A stretch of 64,000 nt of DNA from Methanobacteriota archaeon (GCA_963787255.1 CAWBCJ010000029.1:128001-192000), one strand, 5' to 3'; positions 9,807 to 21,182 are shown, counted from the stretch's first letter. The notes: generated from the letters alone by a model not told the origin. Translations and numbers: made by a program.

Positions 9807-12588
9807 GATTCTTTCTCCATACGGCCAATGTGCAAGATATCATCTGGTCGAGGTCCAGATTCATAAATGAAGCTAACTAAATCACTATAACGTTCCATAA
9901 TTGCTTTTCGTTTAAGTTTAAGATTTGCTGTTAGATCATAACCTATTGAAAGATCATTTTCTAAAATAATCCATTCTTTAACCTTTTCTGGACGAGAAAG
10001 TTTATTATTTATTTCTTTAACTGAATTGTAAATTCTGTTAAAATTTAAATCAGTTTCTTCAGTCCATAAAAAAGCACTGCAGTATGGTTTCCCATCACCA
10101 ATTACCATTGCTTCATCAATTCCAGGAATATTTTTAAGCATTCCTTCAATCTTTAGAGGACTTATTGTCTTTCCATAAGAGTTTACTATAACTTCCTTTT
10201 TACGGCCTGTAATTATAAGACTACCTTCTGGCGTTATATGGCCAAAATCACCGGTACAAAGCCATCCCTCTTTAAAAAGGGAACCAGAATCATTCTTAAA
10301 ATATCCTGATGTCACCTGTGGTCCTTTTACCAGTATTTCTCCATCTTCATCTATGCAAATATCAGTAGATGGAAGAGGTTCTCCTACTGTACCTATTCTA
10401 TTTTTTCCTGCTCTATTAATTGTAATAAGTGGAGCTTCTGTCAATCCATATGCATTGTGAATTTCAATGCCCATATCATGGTAGGATTGAAGTAAATCAT
10501 CGCTTATTGGGGCCGAACCAACAATTAACTGAGCACATTTATCAAGACCTGCCTTTTTAAGAATTTGCCTTTTAAGTAAGTTTCTCAAGGTTTTCTTTAA
10601 AATTTCACTGGAATCAACGTAAATTTTGCCTATTCTGGATCCCAGCACATTGCTCCATACCTTTTCATAGAAACGAGGCACTGAAAAGAAGATTTTCGGT
10701 CTTATTTTTGGAAGAACTTCTCTAAGATCATCCAAAATTTTCTAAGAAATAAAGTTTTAAAGGTGCAGGAGCATAATATGGAGAATAAGTTCCCATAATG
10801 CCCTCAACTACATGATTCATAGGAAGGAATGAAAGATATGAAATTTCGCTAATTCAATCTTTCCATGGAGGCATTGAAGCTATGAATTCGGCCATCCAAC
10901 GAAGATTTCCGTGATTGAAAATCACTCCTCTTGGCTTTCCAGTTGTTCCAGAGGTATAACGGATGGTTGCAATATCTTTAAAATTTACAGGTACATTATT
11001 AATATTTTTTTCAGTTTTTCCCATTTTCAGGAATTTATTCCAAGATATAATATAAGAATGAATATTAAAATTTCTTCTTGACAGAATGAAATGACAGGAA
11101 TTTGAATTTTAAGCTTTTTAAGTTCCTTAAGTAGTTCGGGAGTACCTACAAAAAGGACAGCTGCTTCGCTATCATTCAATATTTCTTTTATTTCATTTAA
11201 TGGGCTAGTATAATAAAGAGGGACACTTACTGCCCCTGTTAAACCAATAGCAATGTCTATGGTTAAATAATGTGTGCTATTAAACCCTACAATTGCTACT
11301 CTATCTCCTTTATTAATTCTTAAGCTTTGCAATGACTTTGCAGCTGTAATTATATCCTTATAAACATCAATCGAGTTTTTCTTTTTAAATTCGCCCTTTG
11401 TAATATCATAATATTTAACAAGTTTACTTCTGCTTTTAAGCCTGAATAAAGCTTGTTCATGAACGGTACGATCGGATCTATGGAAAAACCCATAATAGAC
11501 TGCAAATTCGAGAATTTTAGGCATTAAATCCTGCCATTTATGATTATATGGTCCGAGTAGTTCATCGGTGTTATCTCTTTGGTACTCCCTGTTTTCATTG
11601 AAGTATGGGGAAAGCGTATTCATAGTTTCTAGTAATCTAGCAGTGCCTTTTCCAAATAAATAGCTCATAGATTCAAATTTTTGGGTAATTGAACTATTTA
11701 ATGGCATATATATTGGATCATTAAGTTTGACATCTAGATTTTCATGACTCCATGATTTAACAAATTTAATAAGTTCTTTTACTGTAGGTAATAGATTCTT
11801 TGGGGGCAGTTAAATGAAATGTTTTATTTGCAGCTTTTTTGTCAAATGTTAATTTAACTGTAGCATCTGCAACATAATCTACAGGAACTAAATTTATTTT
11901 CATGGAACTAGAAACAGGAATTACTGATAACTTTCCATTTAAATAAAGCCTGAGAGGTACATAAACCGTGTTAAATGTTTTTATGTATCCTGTAGATGAA
12001 TCCCCTACAATCATGCTTGGACGGAAAATGGATATATCAAATGATGATTTTCTTACTTCAATTTCACTTTCGAAACTTGGTTTTTTCGTAATTACTTAAA
12101 AATCCATATTTCGATGTTAGAGAATCTTCAGAAACAGTGCCCATTTTCCCACCTGCAACGTAAGCCGTTGATATGTGAGAGAATCGTTTTAATCCATGGT
12201 CTTTATGTGCTGATTGAGCCAATTTAAGTACATTTTGTGTTCCCTGCACATTGGTTTTTTGAAGTTCTTCAAGAGATGCTTTTAGTCTCCAATCTGCAGC
12301 AGTGTGAATTATATGAGTTACAGTTTGAACTAAGATTTTCATATTTATTCTTTTCTATTCCAAGATTATTTTGAGTGATATCCCCATTTAATACATGAAT
12401 TCTACCATCTATTTCTTCTAAAAGTTCTGGAAACTCCCACCAAGCTCTGCATAGCCTATTTACAGCATCTTCTTCATTCTTACCTCTTATAACGCCATGA
12501 TATCGCGATCAGAATGTTTAATGATTTTTAAAGCAATTTGTGTGCCTAAAAAACCATTAGCACCCGTTAAGAGTATGATTTTATTCAT
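9803..12588 (-). CDS. Fusion of an extended SDR (fatty acyl/thioester reductase-like) domain and an AMP-dependent acyl-CoA synthetase domain, ~920 aa, multiple apparent frameshifts
   Basis: ATG at 12588 gives LLTGANGFLG. Downstream pieces carry IIHTAA, HISTAYVAG, YEKTK, RPSMIVG, VPVDYVA, then YTSGTTGKPRG (~10930-10965), AYGLTE, TGDFG and GRKKE. Confidence 0.8.
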
Positions 12589-13814
12589 TTTCTCCCTTTC
12601 CAGCCACTATCTTGAAGAAAATTCTTCAATATTTCAGGATTTTTATTTGCACGATTAAGATGCTCAATAAATCCGTCTTTTAGTGCTTTCATTTGTACTT
12701 CAGGGTTTTTAAGTAGTTTATCTACTTTTTCTTCTAATTTATGCCAGATTTCAGGTGACATGTAATCTATTAAATAATTCTCTAATCCAAGTTCTCCATA
12801 AAAACCTTTAAGACGAGTATCGTGCCCGATGGCTATTTGAGGAATTTGAGCCTCAAGGGATAAAATTCCGGCATGATAACGAGAGGTTACAAGAAGTTCA
12901 AGGCTTCTGAGGATATTTGTCATCTCGGATGCATTATAATCCCTTGATGAGAAAATTTTAACCATTTCAGGATTTTTCATTTTTTCTTCTATACATTTTG
13001 CCAGTGGTTCGTCCACTTCTTCCATGCAAATCAATGCTATCCTTTTATTATGTTTTTCAATTATTCTATCTGCTTCCTGAGCCCATTTAAGAGCCAATTT
13101 TTCGCTTCCTTTAATTCTATCCTTTGAACGGGAAAAATAATACGGCCATTTATACAGGTATCTCCTTTTTACCCCATGGACGTATAACTACAGGCCATAG
13201 ATAAAAATCAATAGGTGCTAACCCTATGACACCTAAAGATGATTCTGGCCAGCTTTCTTTTAAGATATTCTCATCTCTTTTAGCGTTTTAAAGGTAAATG
13301 CACAGTCAGCTGTTACATCTATAGGAGCATTAACTTCAATTTTTTTAAGTTCTTCAGCAGCTAATTCTGTCCTTGTTAAAATTAGATCAGTTTTACTGGC
13401 CTCTCGCTTAACTAACCACCTGTTAAAAGTAGATAGATGCCCTACATCAACTGCATATGCTAAACTTGGCTTTTTAAAATTATTTGCACATCTTGTGCCC
13501 CACAAGAAAGCCCAGAGAAGTGCTGAAGTCCATGTATCCATGTAACAGCTCCCTTCAACCAAAATAAGGACATCATGCTCTTTAACCAGTCTCCTTATGT
13601 CAAAAAAGAAGATTGAAGCTATTGGAGCAATCTTCAAAAATTCATCTTCTTTAAGATAACGCCTTAAATTAACTTCATTTAAAGTTGGGACAGTTATAAG
13701 AGCATTAGGACCTAAAATTGATCTTACATCATCTATGATTGAGAGTAATCTTGCTTCAGAACCAGTATTATTGGCGCCGTTATAGCCCAATAACAAAACT
13801 TTTGGATTTTTCAT
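12585..13814 (-). CDS. Polysaccharide pyruvyl transferase family protein, apparent frameshift(s) near 13160-13270
   Basis: [14 protein letters not shown] at the N-terminus, TADCAF, and [10 protein letters not shown] in the C-terminal half. Confidence 0.82.
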
Positions 13815-13913
13815 AAATATACATATTTTTGTTTTTAAAAGGTTAAATAACATAAATAGTTGACATTTAAAAAAATATAATGGATAAAATCGTTATTTTT
13901 GTTTTTTTAAACT

Positions 13914-15414
13914 TCATTCATTCTTAAGTATCAATTCTGCAGCATTTCTTCCCGAATAAGCAACGCTTGGCACCCCCGAAGGCCCTACCCAGTGTCCAGC
14001 CTGGTAAAGTCCCTGAATGAATGGAATTTTCTGTTTCCATTGTTTTAAGTCCGTATAACTCCAACCAACAGCAGCACCATGGTAATTATAAGTATAACGG
14101 TACATTGTTATTGGTGTGGCTATATCAAGATAAATAATATGTTGACTGATACCCGGCATATTAGCTTCAAGTTTTTTTATCAAATCGGAGGCAAATACTT
14201 TTTTGAATTCCTTATATTCATCTCCCCTTCGTAATTCAGGGTCCTGTTCTCCAGTAATTTTCAAAATCAAATGTTGCTGGAAACACAATTTGAATCCCAT
14301 GAATATTAGAATCTAATCGTTCGCTACGATATTTTGGGAAATTCAAATGAAATGAAGATTTTTCAGGATTGTTCGGCGTCATTGCTTCTTTTATATCCAA
14401 AGAAGAGTTAATAAACACATCTGAGCCGTCAAAACCATATTCAGATGGATCTATGTCGGTTACAATTGAAACTATGAAAAATGTATCAGAAACAGGTGTA
14501 GAATCTAATTTTTTCTTAAACTTTAGGGGAATCATTTCAGGATCAATAAGTTTATTAAACGTTGTTTTAGCATCTATCGCAGATATCATATTTCCAGCGT
14601 TGAATTCGCTTCCATCTTCAAGTATAACTCCTCTTACTTTTTTATTTTCTATTTTAATTCTTTTTACCATTTTTGAATAAAAAATCTCCCCACCATTTGT
14701 GATTACGGCTTCCTCGAATGCATCAGCAATCTTTTGCGCTCCACCAACTGGAGCATGTGCTCTTCCCTTCAATGCAAATCCAATAAAAGCAAGCATTCCT
14801 ATAGCGCTGATACCTTCAATAGGGGCGATGCTAAAAAGAGCAACGCGCAGGCTTTTTAGAATTTCTCCAGGAAATAAAGATTCAAGGAACTTTTCTGCGG
14901 GCATCTTACTGTATTTCAGAATTTTTTTCAATTTAAATGGAATTTGTACTCCCATTAATACCTTAGAGAAAATCGACATTAATTCAAGACTTTCAGATGG
15001 GGCATGCATCAGTTCATTTTCAATTGCAAGTGATTCATGGACTAATTTATCCAATGATTTCCGATTTACATTTGGATAAGTATTCAAAATTGAATTTTCA
15101 AATTTTTCACGGTCCTTGGTTAGTATAATATCTAATCCTTCATCAGGACCCATATAATGACCTACAGGTTCGTGAAGAGCAAACTCAAGGGTTTGAACAT
15201 TTAATTCTTTGAGCATTTCGTTTATCTTGTGTGGAAAAGCTGTCCAGTGTGCACTAATGTCAAAAATCACGCCTTTTCTAGTAAAAGAGGTATAGTAACC
15301 TCCCGGCTTCTTATGCTGCTCGAAAACAGCCACCTCTTTCCCGGCTTTAGCAAGATAAGCTGCAGAACTTAAACCTGCTATTCCTCCACCAATCACAATT
15401 GTATCATATTTCAT
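13914..15414 (-). CDS. Phytoene desaturase (CrtI)-like FAD-dependent oxidoreductase, apparent frameshift near 14240
   Basis: IGGGIAGL..EQHKKPGG, GGAQKI and C-terminal TPITM..GLYQAGHWVGPSGVP. Confidence 0.85.
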
Positions 15415-15430
15415 GTAATACTCTTTATTT

Positions 15431-16339
15431 TTAATTTATTATATCATCTAATCTATCTTTAATTTGTATGTATTCTTTTTTATTAAAACTGCATTCCCGC
15501 ATGCAAATGGTGCACCCATGGCATAAATCTTTAATGATTTTAGTTCTTATTTCGCCGTTTTCAAGAAATTCTTCAATGATGGCATTTCCCGGACACTTCC
15601 TAATACATCCACCACATTTTGCGCAGAAATCAGGGACCCATAAGTGTTCATTTTCGTTTTTTACCGGCAAATTTTTAATACTGGTAAATATAACTGATAA
15701 TCTTTGTCTTGGTCCAAATTCAGGAGTTATTAACATTCCATGCCTTCCCCTGTAACCTAAACCTGCCTTCTGTGCAAGAGGTGGGTACATAACAAGTCCT
15801 CCTGCGGGATGACTGGCATGGGCCGCGAATCCGTTTTCTCGTAAGAATTCAGCAAGTTCATTGGTCTTTTTACCAAGTTCATCATAGGTTACAACACCCA
15901 TTTCCTGTGTTTCCTGGCTTGGAGCCGCGTCAATGGATTTTTTATCCATTTCCATAATAAGCACAATTGCATTATCAAATAATATTGCTTTATCTTTGAA
16001 TATTAGCTCAGAAGGTACTTTTACATATCCCACCTTATTTATACCAATTGATTTTGTATAATTTTCAAGTTTTTCAATAAATACATTTTCTGCTTGAATT
16101 TTTGGGTTTTTGGGATTATTTTTTAGTGATTTAACCGTGAATTCCATATTTTTTGCTATTGAAAGCTGTTTTGGAAGTGTTTTAATTGTGATTTTTAGTT
16201 TATCCGGCATTAATTTTTCTGGAGATGTTGGTGATGCCATTACACATCCTTCTTTTTCTTTTACACTATCTTCAAGTTCATTAATCTTTGTTAGCCTGTA
16301 ATTAGCATATTTATTCTTTATTCCATTTAATACTCCCAT
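15431..16339 (-). CDS. QueG/reductive-dehalogenase-like 2x[4Fe-4S] protein, probably cobalamin-binding
   Basis: AQKAGLGYRGRHGMLITPEFGPRQRL plus CAKCGGCIRKCP and CHGCTICMREC; no Tat signal. Confidence 0.78.
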   Translation of the reverse strand: MGVLNGIKNKYANYRLTKINELEDSVKEKEGCVMASPTSPEKLMPDKLKITIKTLPKQLSIAKNMEFTVKSLKNNPKNPKIQAENVFIEKLENYTKSIGINKVGYVKVPSELIFKDKAILFDNAIVLIMEMDKKSIDAAPSQETQEMGVVTYDELGKKTNELAEFLRENGFAAHASHPAGGLVMYPPLAQKAGLGYRGRHGMLITPEFGPRQRLSVIFTSIKNLPVKNENEHLWVPDFCAKCGGCIRKCPGNAIIEEFLENGEIRTKIIKDLCHGCTICMRECSFNKKEYIQIKDRLDDIIN

Positions 16340-16505
16340 AATATTCCCCTATCATATTAGTAACTAATTTTAAATTAAATTTAGATTATTTTATACTTTT
16401 ATTAGGAAGTTTTAAGTTATTGTTTATAAATTTCCTGATTTTATTGTGTTAATTAACACTTTTTTTATCCAATAATTAAAAATTTTATAATAAGTACATA
16501 TCCTT

Positions 16506-17690
16506 TTAGCATGCTGGAATTGGTTCTACTTTGTGAGGTTCTTCCAATTTGATTTTAAATAATTTCATCAGATGATCAACGTTAATTTCTGTGGGAATTC
16601 CTTTGTTGTCCCAGTGGTTTTTACAACTTGCAGAATCTAAAAGTACACATTGAGCTGGAATCCCTATAGAATTTGATTTCCAGCCTCCTGCAATAAGATT
16701 TGATACACATGCAACCCCTACAATTCCAAGTTCTTTTCAATCATCTTTTGAGCTTTTAGAGAATGCTGATGATTCATGAGAAATAATATACACCTCAAAT
16801 TCATAGATTTCTCCCATATCTGTTAGTTGATGAACGTTACAATTTTTTACACACCCTATGCATCTTAAACCCAGTTTTGTTTCTTCTGCTTTACAAATTT
16901 CCTGAGATATTCTCATACAGCCAGGTAAAAGAAGAGCCTTTCTGGGCCTATCTTCAAATTCTTTATTAAATGCTCGGTTCATGATTTCTGCACCAACCAT
17001 ATTTAAATGGTATTCCACCTCTTTTCTACTGCAAAAAATTACATCTTCCTTAAATAAATGTTCATGCTGTTTATTTTTTAAAAAATTATCCAGATTTGAT
17101 GTGTATTTACCAAAAGTTACTTTACTTACAGATTCAAACCATTCAGCAAATAAAATGGTGTTTGAAAGAAACTTTAAAACTTCATCCTGTGTTTTTACCT
17201 TTAGAAAAGATTTCCAGATCTTCAAACGCTCTACTTCTTGTGAAAAATCCCCTGCAGCTACAAGGTATCCTAAAAGTTTATCCATCCCATTTATGTCTAA
17301 TTCCAACGAATAATTATCATTTTCTTCTTTAGGCATTAAAAATGGAGTCATTACCATGCCCCGTATTAAATCTATGATTTCCTTTGCTGGCTTGTTTTTC
17401 TGGCGTTCTAGAGCAAAACTTTCCAGTAATTTTTGTGGGTTTTCATCCAGTTTGGAAGCTCTGGAAGAGTATACTCTCCAGAAAGTACCGAACATTAGAA
17501 ATTCAAATATGTATTCTTCATTGCTTCTGATTTTATCCATTCCATTTTCCTGGACGTATTCTTTAAATTCGAATATGGTGGAATGGGCATCAAATTCATT
17601 TAATATTTCATCAGTAAATGATTTAATCTCTTCATAATATTCATTTGAATTATTCTGGTTTCCTTTAAGTGAATAAGTAATATATTCCAT
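16506..17690 (-). CDS. DUF116-domain protein, apparent frameshift near 16737
   Basis: LLLPGCMR..C...C..C...C, continuing in another frame as GIVGVACVSNL...PAQCVLLD..C..HW to TAA at 16506. Confidence 0.75.
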
Positions 17691-17695
17691 TTTTT

Positions 17696-18371
17696 AACCT
17701 CCAATAGATTTTGGTGTCATCAATTTTTACAACTTCTAAAAGGAATTTTGCGTGGTTAGACATTCGTTCCCAAACCATATTCCATAAAAGTTTCATTTTC
17801 ATCGTATTTCAGGACAAAATACTCAAAGAAAAGATAAATTGCAAAGTGAAAAATACTCATAAGCAAGTATTTTAGGATCTACTGGCTTTATCACTTTTTT
17901 TTCTATCATTTTTGTAAAGATCTTTTCCCAAGCATCTATTGGTTCTTCTAAAAGTACATTTTTGTAAAAATTTCTTATTTTTTCGTTGTGATAGAGTTCT
18001 ATAGATATAATTCTCCATATTTTTTCATTTTTTGGAGCACTCATCCTTTCAAAGAATGCTCTTCCCCCAACTTCAAAAAATAATTCAGGAGTTTCCATTA
18101 ATTTCTCCATTTCTTCCTCAGGAGGACTACTACTTACTAATTCAGACATGAAATAGTCAATTATAGCATCCAGAATAGCTTCTTTATTTTTATAATGATT
18201 GTATATTGAACTTTCCCTTATTCCTACTTCTCTTGCGATTTCACGTACTGATACTGCGTCAAATCCTTTTTGTGAGAAAAGATCAATTGATACATCAAAT
18301 ATTTTTTCTTTTGTTGATTTTTTTGTCTCGTTTTGTTTTTTTGATTGTTTTTTTATTGTTTGATTTTTCAT
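17696..18371 (-). CDS. TetR/AcrR family regulator, 3' end frameshifted (end approximate)
   Basis: [49 protein letters not shown] helix-turn-helix. Confidence 0.9.
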
Positions 18372-18386
18372 GATCTTAACTTCCTT

Positions 18387-18459
18387 AACTAACGAACGTT
18401 AGCTTCTTGATTGTACTGTATATCTTCTACTATATAAATGTAACGAACGAACGTTAGTT
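18387..18459 (-). promoter_or_regulatory. tetR promoter: TATA box flanked by two 18-bp palindromic operators
   Basis: AACTAACGAACGTTAGCT (18387-18404) and AACGAACGAACGTTAGTT (18442-18459) surround minus-strand TTTATATA (18431-18438). Confidence 0.75.
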
Positions 18460-18535
18460 AAAATTAAGGAGACTAAAAATCTATTTAAAATTAACTAAAA
18501 AAAACTTAATCTTCAAAAAATAATATTTATTAAAA

Positions 18536-18925
18536 TTAAATAAATGATTTATCAGTGCTAAGAGGCTCTTTTAAAAAATCAATTTCTAATCTGCAATAGT
18601 TACTAGTATACGAAGTTAATTCACCCATTAAATCATGTTTACATCCTTCACCTTCATCTTTCCATAAATATTCACTTATTTCAAAATAAAACGTGTTATT
18701 TTCTTTTTCAGTTTTATAATAAGTATCCATGAATTTTTCATCTAATTCACTTTCAGGAAGTTTTTTATCGCTAATCCAGTATTTAACAATTAAATAATTG
18801 CCGTATTTTTCTGAATCATCCTGAATAATTGTTTTTAAAGGTTTTTCATATTTATCTAAATACAAATTAGCATTATTTGAGTTATTTTTGTGGATTAATT
18901 GCCCTTCATAAACCTTTTTTGTCAT
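18536..18925 (-). CDS. Hypothetical protein
   Basis: 129-aa ORF with GGAGG SD. Confidence 0.65.
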   Translation of the reverse strand: MTKKVYEGQLIHKNNSNNANLYLDKYEKPLKTIIQDDSEKYGNYLIVKYWISDKKLPESELDEKFMDTYYKTEKENNTFYFEISEYLWKDEGEGCKHDLMGELTSYTSNYCRLEIDFLKEPLSTDKSFI

Positions 18926-19073
18926 TTAATTCCTCCTTAATAATTAATATTGTGTCCAAATTAATTAATAATTTTCCCTAAAATAACATATTAAGACTTA
19001 TTTCTTAAATCCAAGATTAATCCGGTTAATTTTAAATAAGAGTATAATTCAAAGTATATTACGGTGCAGATTA

Positions 19074-19541
19074 ATGAGAAGAAGCGATAAGGAAATAAAA
19101 GACAAAGATACCATTGAACATGTATTAAAAGAAGCTCAAGTATGTAGAATTGCTCTTTGTGACTATGATCAGCCTTATATTATTCCAATGAACTTTGGTT
19201 ATAAAGATAATAACCTATATCTCCATTCAGCATTAGAAGGACATAAAATAGACATTCTAAATAAAAATAACAATGTTTGCCTTGAAGTAGATATTAAAGC
19301 AGAGATTGTAAGTTCTGATAACGCCTGTGACTGGGGGATGAAATACTATAGCGTGATTGGATCTGGAAAAGCGCATTTCGTGGGAGATATAAACGAAAAA
19401 AAGAAAGCTTTAGATATTATAATGCAAAAATACAGCAGAAATAATGCCAAATCATTTGAATATTCCAAATTAGCTCTTGATAAAATAGTTGTTATTAAAG
19501 TCAAATTAACAGAAATAACCGGGAAAAAATCTGGTTATTAA
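19074..19541 (+). CDS. Pyridoxamine 5'-phosphate oxidase-like (NimA-type) flavin-binding protein
   Basis: MRRSDKEI, PYIIPMNFGY, LHSALEGHK, YYSVIGSG and ITGK motifs. Confidence 0.88.
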   Translation: MRRSDKEIKDKDTIEHVLKEAQVCRIALCDYDQPYIIPMNFGYKDNNLYLHSALEGHKIDILNKNNNVCLEVDIKAEIVSSDNACDWGMKYYSVIGSGKAHFVGDINEKKKALDIIMQKYSRNNAKSFEYSKLALDKIVVIKVKLTEITGKKSGY

Positions 19542-19559
19542 AATTAAAGAAGTGATTAA

Positions 19560-20156
19560 ATGAAAGTACTGGTAATTTTAGGTCATCCTACGGCTGGAAG
19601 TTTTAATCATGCCATTGCAGAAACTGTTGCGGCTAAATTACGGGAAAACAGCCATGAAGTAATATATCATGATTTACACGCTGAAAAATTTGATCCAATC
19701 CTTTTAGGAAAAGAAATCCCTAAAGATGCAGAATTAGATCCTATAATCAAAAAACACTGCAAAGAAATTTCTGAAGCTGATGGGATAATCGTGATTCATC
19801 CCAACTGGTGGGGTCAGCCCCCTGCTATTTTAAAGGGTTACATTGACAGAGTAATAAGAGCAGGAGTGGCCTATGAATTTATAGACGGTGATGATGGTGA
19901 AGGAGTTCCTGTAGGATTATTAAAGGCAAAAACTGCAATTGTATTTAATACTTCTAATACATCAGGAAAAAGAGAAATTGAAGTTTTTGGAGATCCTCTA
20001 GAACTCATCTGGAAAAATTGTATTTTTGATCTATGCGGGGTGGATAATTTTTACAGAAAAATGTACCGCGTTATAGTTACAAGCATTAAAAAAGAGCGTG
20101 AAAAATGGCTGGAAGATGTTAAGGAAACTGTTGATAAATATTTTCCACCAAAATAA
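19560..20156 (+). CDS. Flavodoxin-fold NAD(P)H dehydrogenase (quinone), MdaB/KefF-like
   Basis: ILGHP..GSFN and PNWWGQPPAILKGYIDRV motifs. Confidence 0.9.
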   Translation: MKVLVILGHPTAGSFNHAIAETVAAKLRENSHEVIYHDLHAEKFDPILLGKEIPKDAELDPIIKKHCKEISEADGIIVIHPNWWGQPPAILKGYIDRVIRAGVAYEFIDGDDGEGVPVGLLKAKTAIVFNTSNTSGKREIEVFGDPLELIWKNCIFDLCGVDNFYRKMYRVIVTSIKKEREKWLEDVKETVDKYFPPK

Positions 20157-20244
20157 TGAAAAAAGAAATATTTAAAATATTAGTAATGATTGAATAATAA
20201 AATATACATTTAATTAAATTCATAACGTATTAATAGTGGTTTAA

Positions 20245-20901
20245 ATGGGGAAACTTGCAATAACTATAAAATCAGATAATAAGCCGGGTGTTTTACGTGA
20301 TATTACTGATTTAATGGCAAAATGCGGAATGAACATTATTTATACTCATCTTTTTATAGAAAAAGACGGATCATCATCAGTATACATGGAACTTGAAGGA
20401 GTTAGAAATGGAGAAGAACTTTCAAACAATGTAAAAAAGTTTGAATCTGTAAATAAAGTGGAAATTCATCCTTCTTTAAGTGAAATTTATGGAAAAAGAA
20501 TTATTATTATTGGTGGCGGCGCTCAGGTAGCCCAAGTTGCACAGGGAGCCATAGTAGAGGCAGATAGGCACAATATAAGGGGTGAACGTATTAGTATTGA
20601 TACAATTCCTCTTGTAGGAGAAGAAGAGCTTGCAGATGCGGTATCAGCTGTGGGAAGACTCCCTCGAATAGGTGCTCTAGTTCTTGCAGGTTCTTTAATG
20701 GGTGGAAAAATCTCTGATGCAGTTGAAGAGATTAAAAAAGAACACGATGTTATTATAATAAGCTTAAACATGCCTGGAAGTGTCAGAAATATGGCAGATT
20801 TAGTAGTTACAGACCCTGTTCAAGCTGGAGTTATGGCAGTTATGGCTGTGGCTGATACAGCAATATTTGATATTAAAAAGGTAAAAAATAAAAGGTTTTA
20901 A
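20245..20901 (+). CDS. ehbQ: ACT-domain protein (DUF5612-like), probable EhbQ orthologue
   Basis: N-terminal ACT ([10 protein letters not shown]) and conserved [24 protein letters not shown]. The ehbQ assignment rests on recalled Methanothermobacter synteny. Confidence 0.6.
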   Translation: MGKLAITIKSDNKPGVLRDITDLMAKCGMNIIYTHLFIEKDGSSSVYMELEGVRNGEELSNNVKKFESVNKVEIHPSLSEIYGKRIIIIGGGAQVAQVAQGAIVEADRHNIRGERISIDTIPLVGEEELADAVSAVGRLPRIGALVLAGSLMGGKISDAVEEIKKEHDVIIISLNMPGSVRNMADLVVTDPVQAGVMAVMAVADTAIFDIKKVKNKRF

Positions 20902-21182
20902 CTCATTTCTATAGCTCTAATCAGTATACTTGCAGCGTTTTTAAGTTCAGTATCCTTAATTTCCCCGCTTTCTCTGATTTTAAGGGCCATTCCCAGTACT
21001 TTTCTTACATCATCGGGTTTAAGGTTTTCAGCCATTTCAAGGTAGGTCTGATCTCCTTTTTCTTCAATTTCGAGTTTTTTTGTTTCCATTAACTCAAGCA
21101 TTACTTTACATGCACCCATGATATCGCCGCTTCCAGCGCTTTCCTGGCATTTTTTTAATAATTCTTCAGATTTTGCATCCAT
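20898..21182 (-). CDS. Small helical Cys-pair protein, paralog 1 (most divergent)
   Basis: KKC-x11-C and [14 protein letters not shown], shared with three adjacent genes. Confidence 0.8.
   Translation of the reverse strand: MDAKSEELLKKCQESAGSGDIMGACKVMLELMETKKLEIEEKGDQTYLEMAENLKPDDVRKVLGMALKIRESGEIKDTELKNAASILIRAIEMS

Noticed and set aside
8094-17637. Several plus-strand ORFs of 60-175 aa over the accessory cluster
   Set aside because: They are shadow ORFs antisense to motif-bearing genes.
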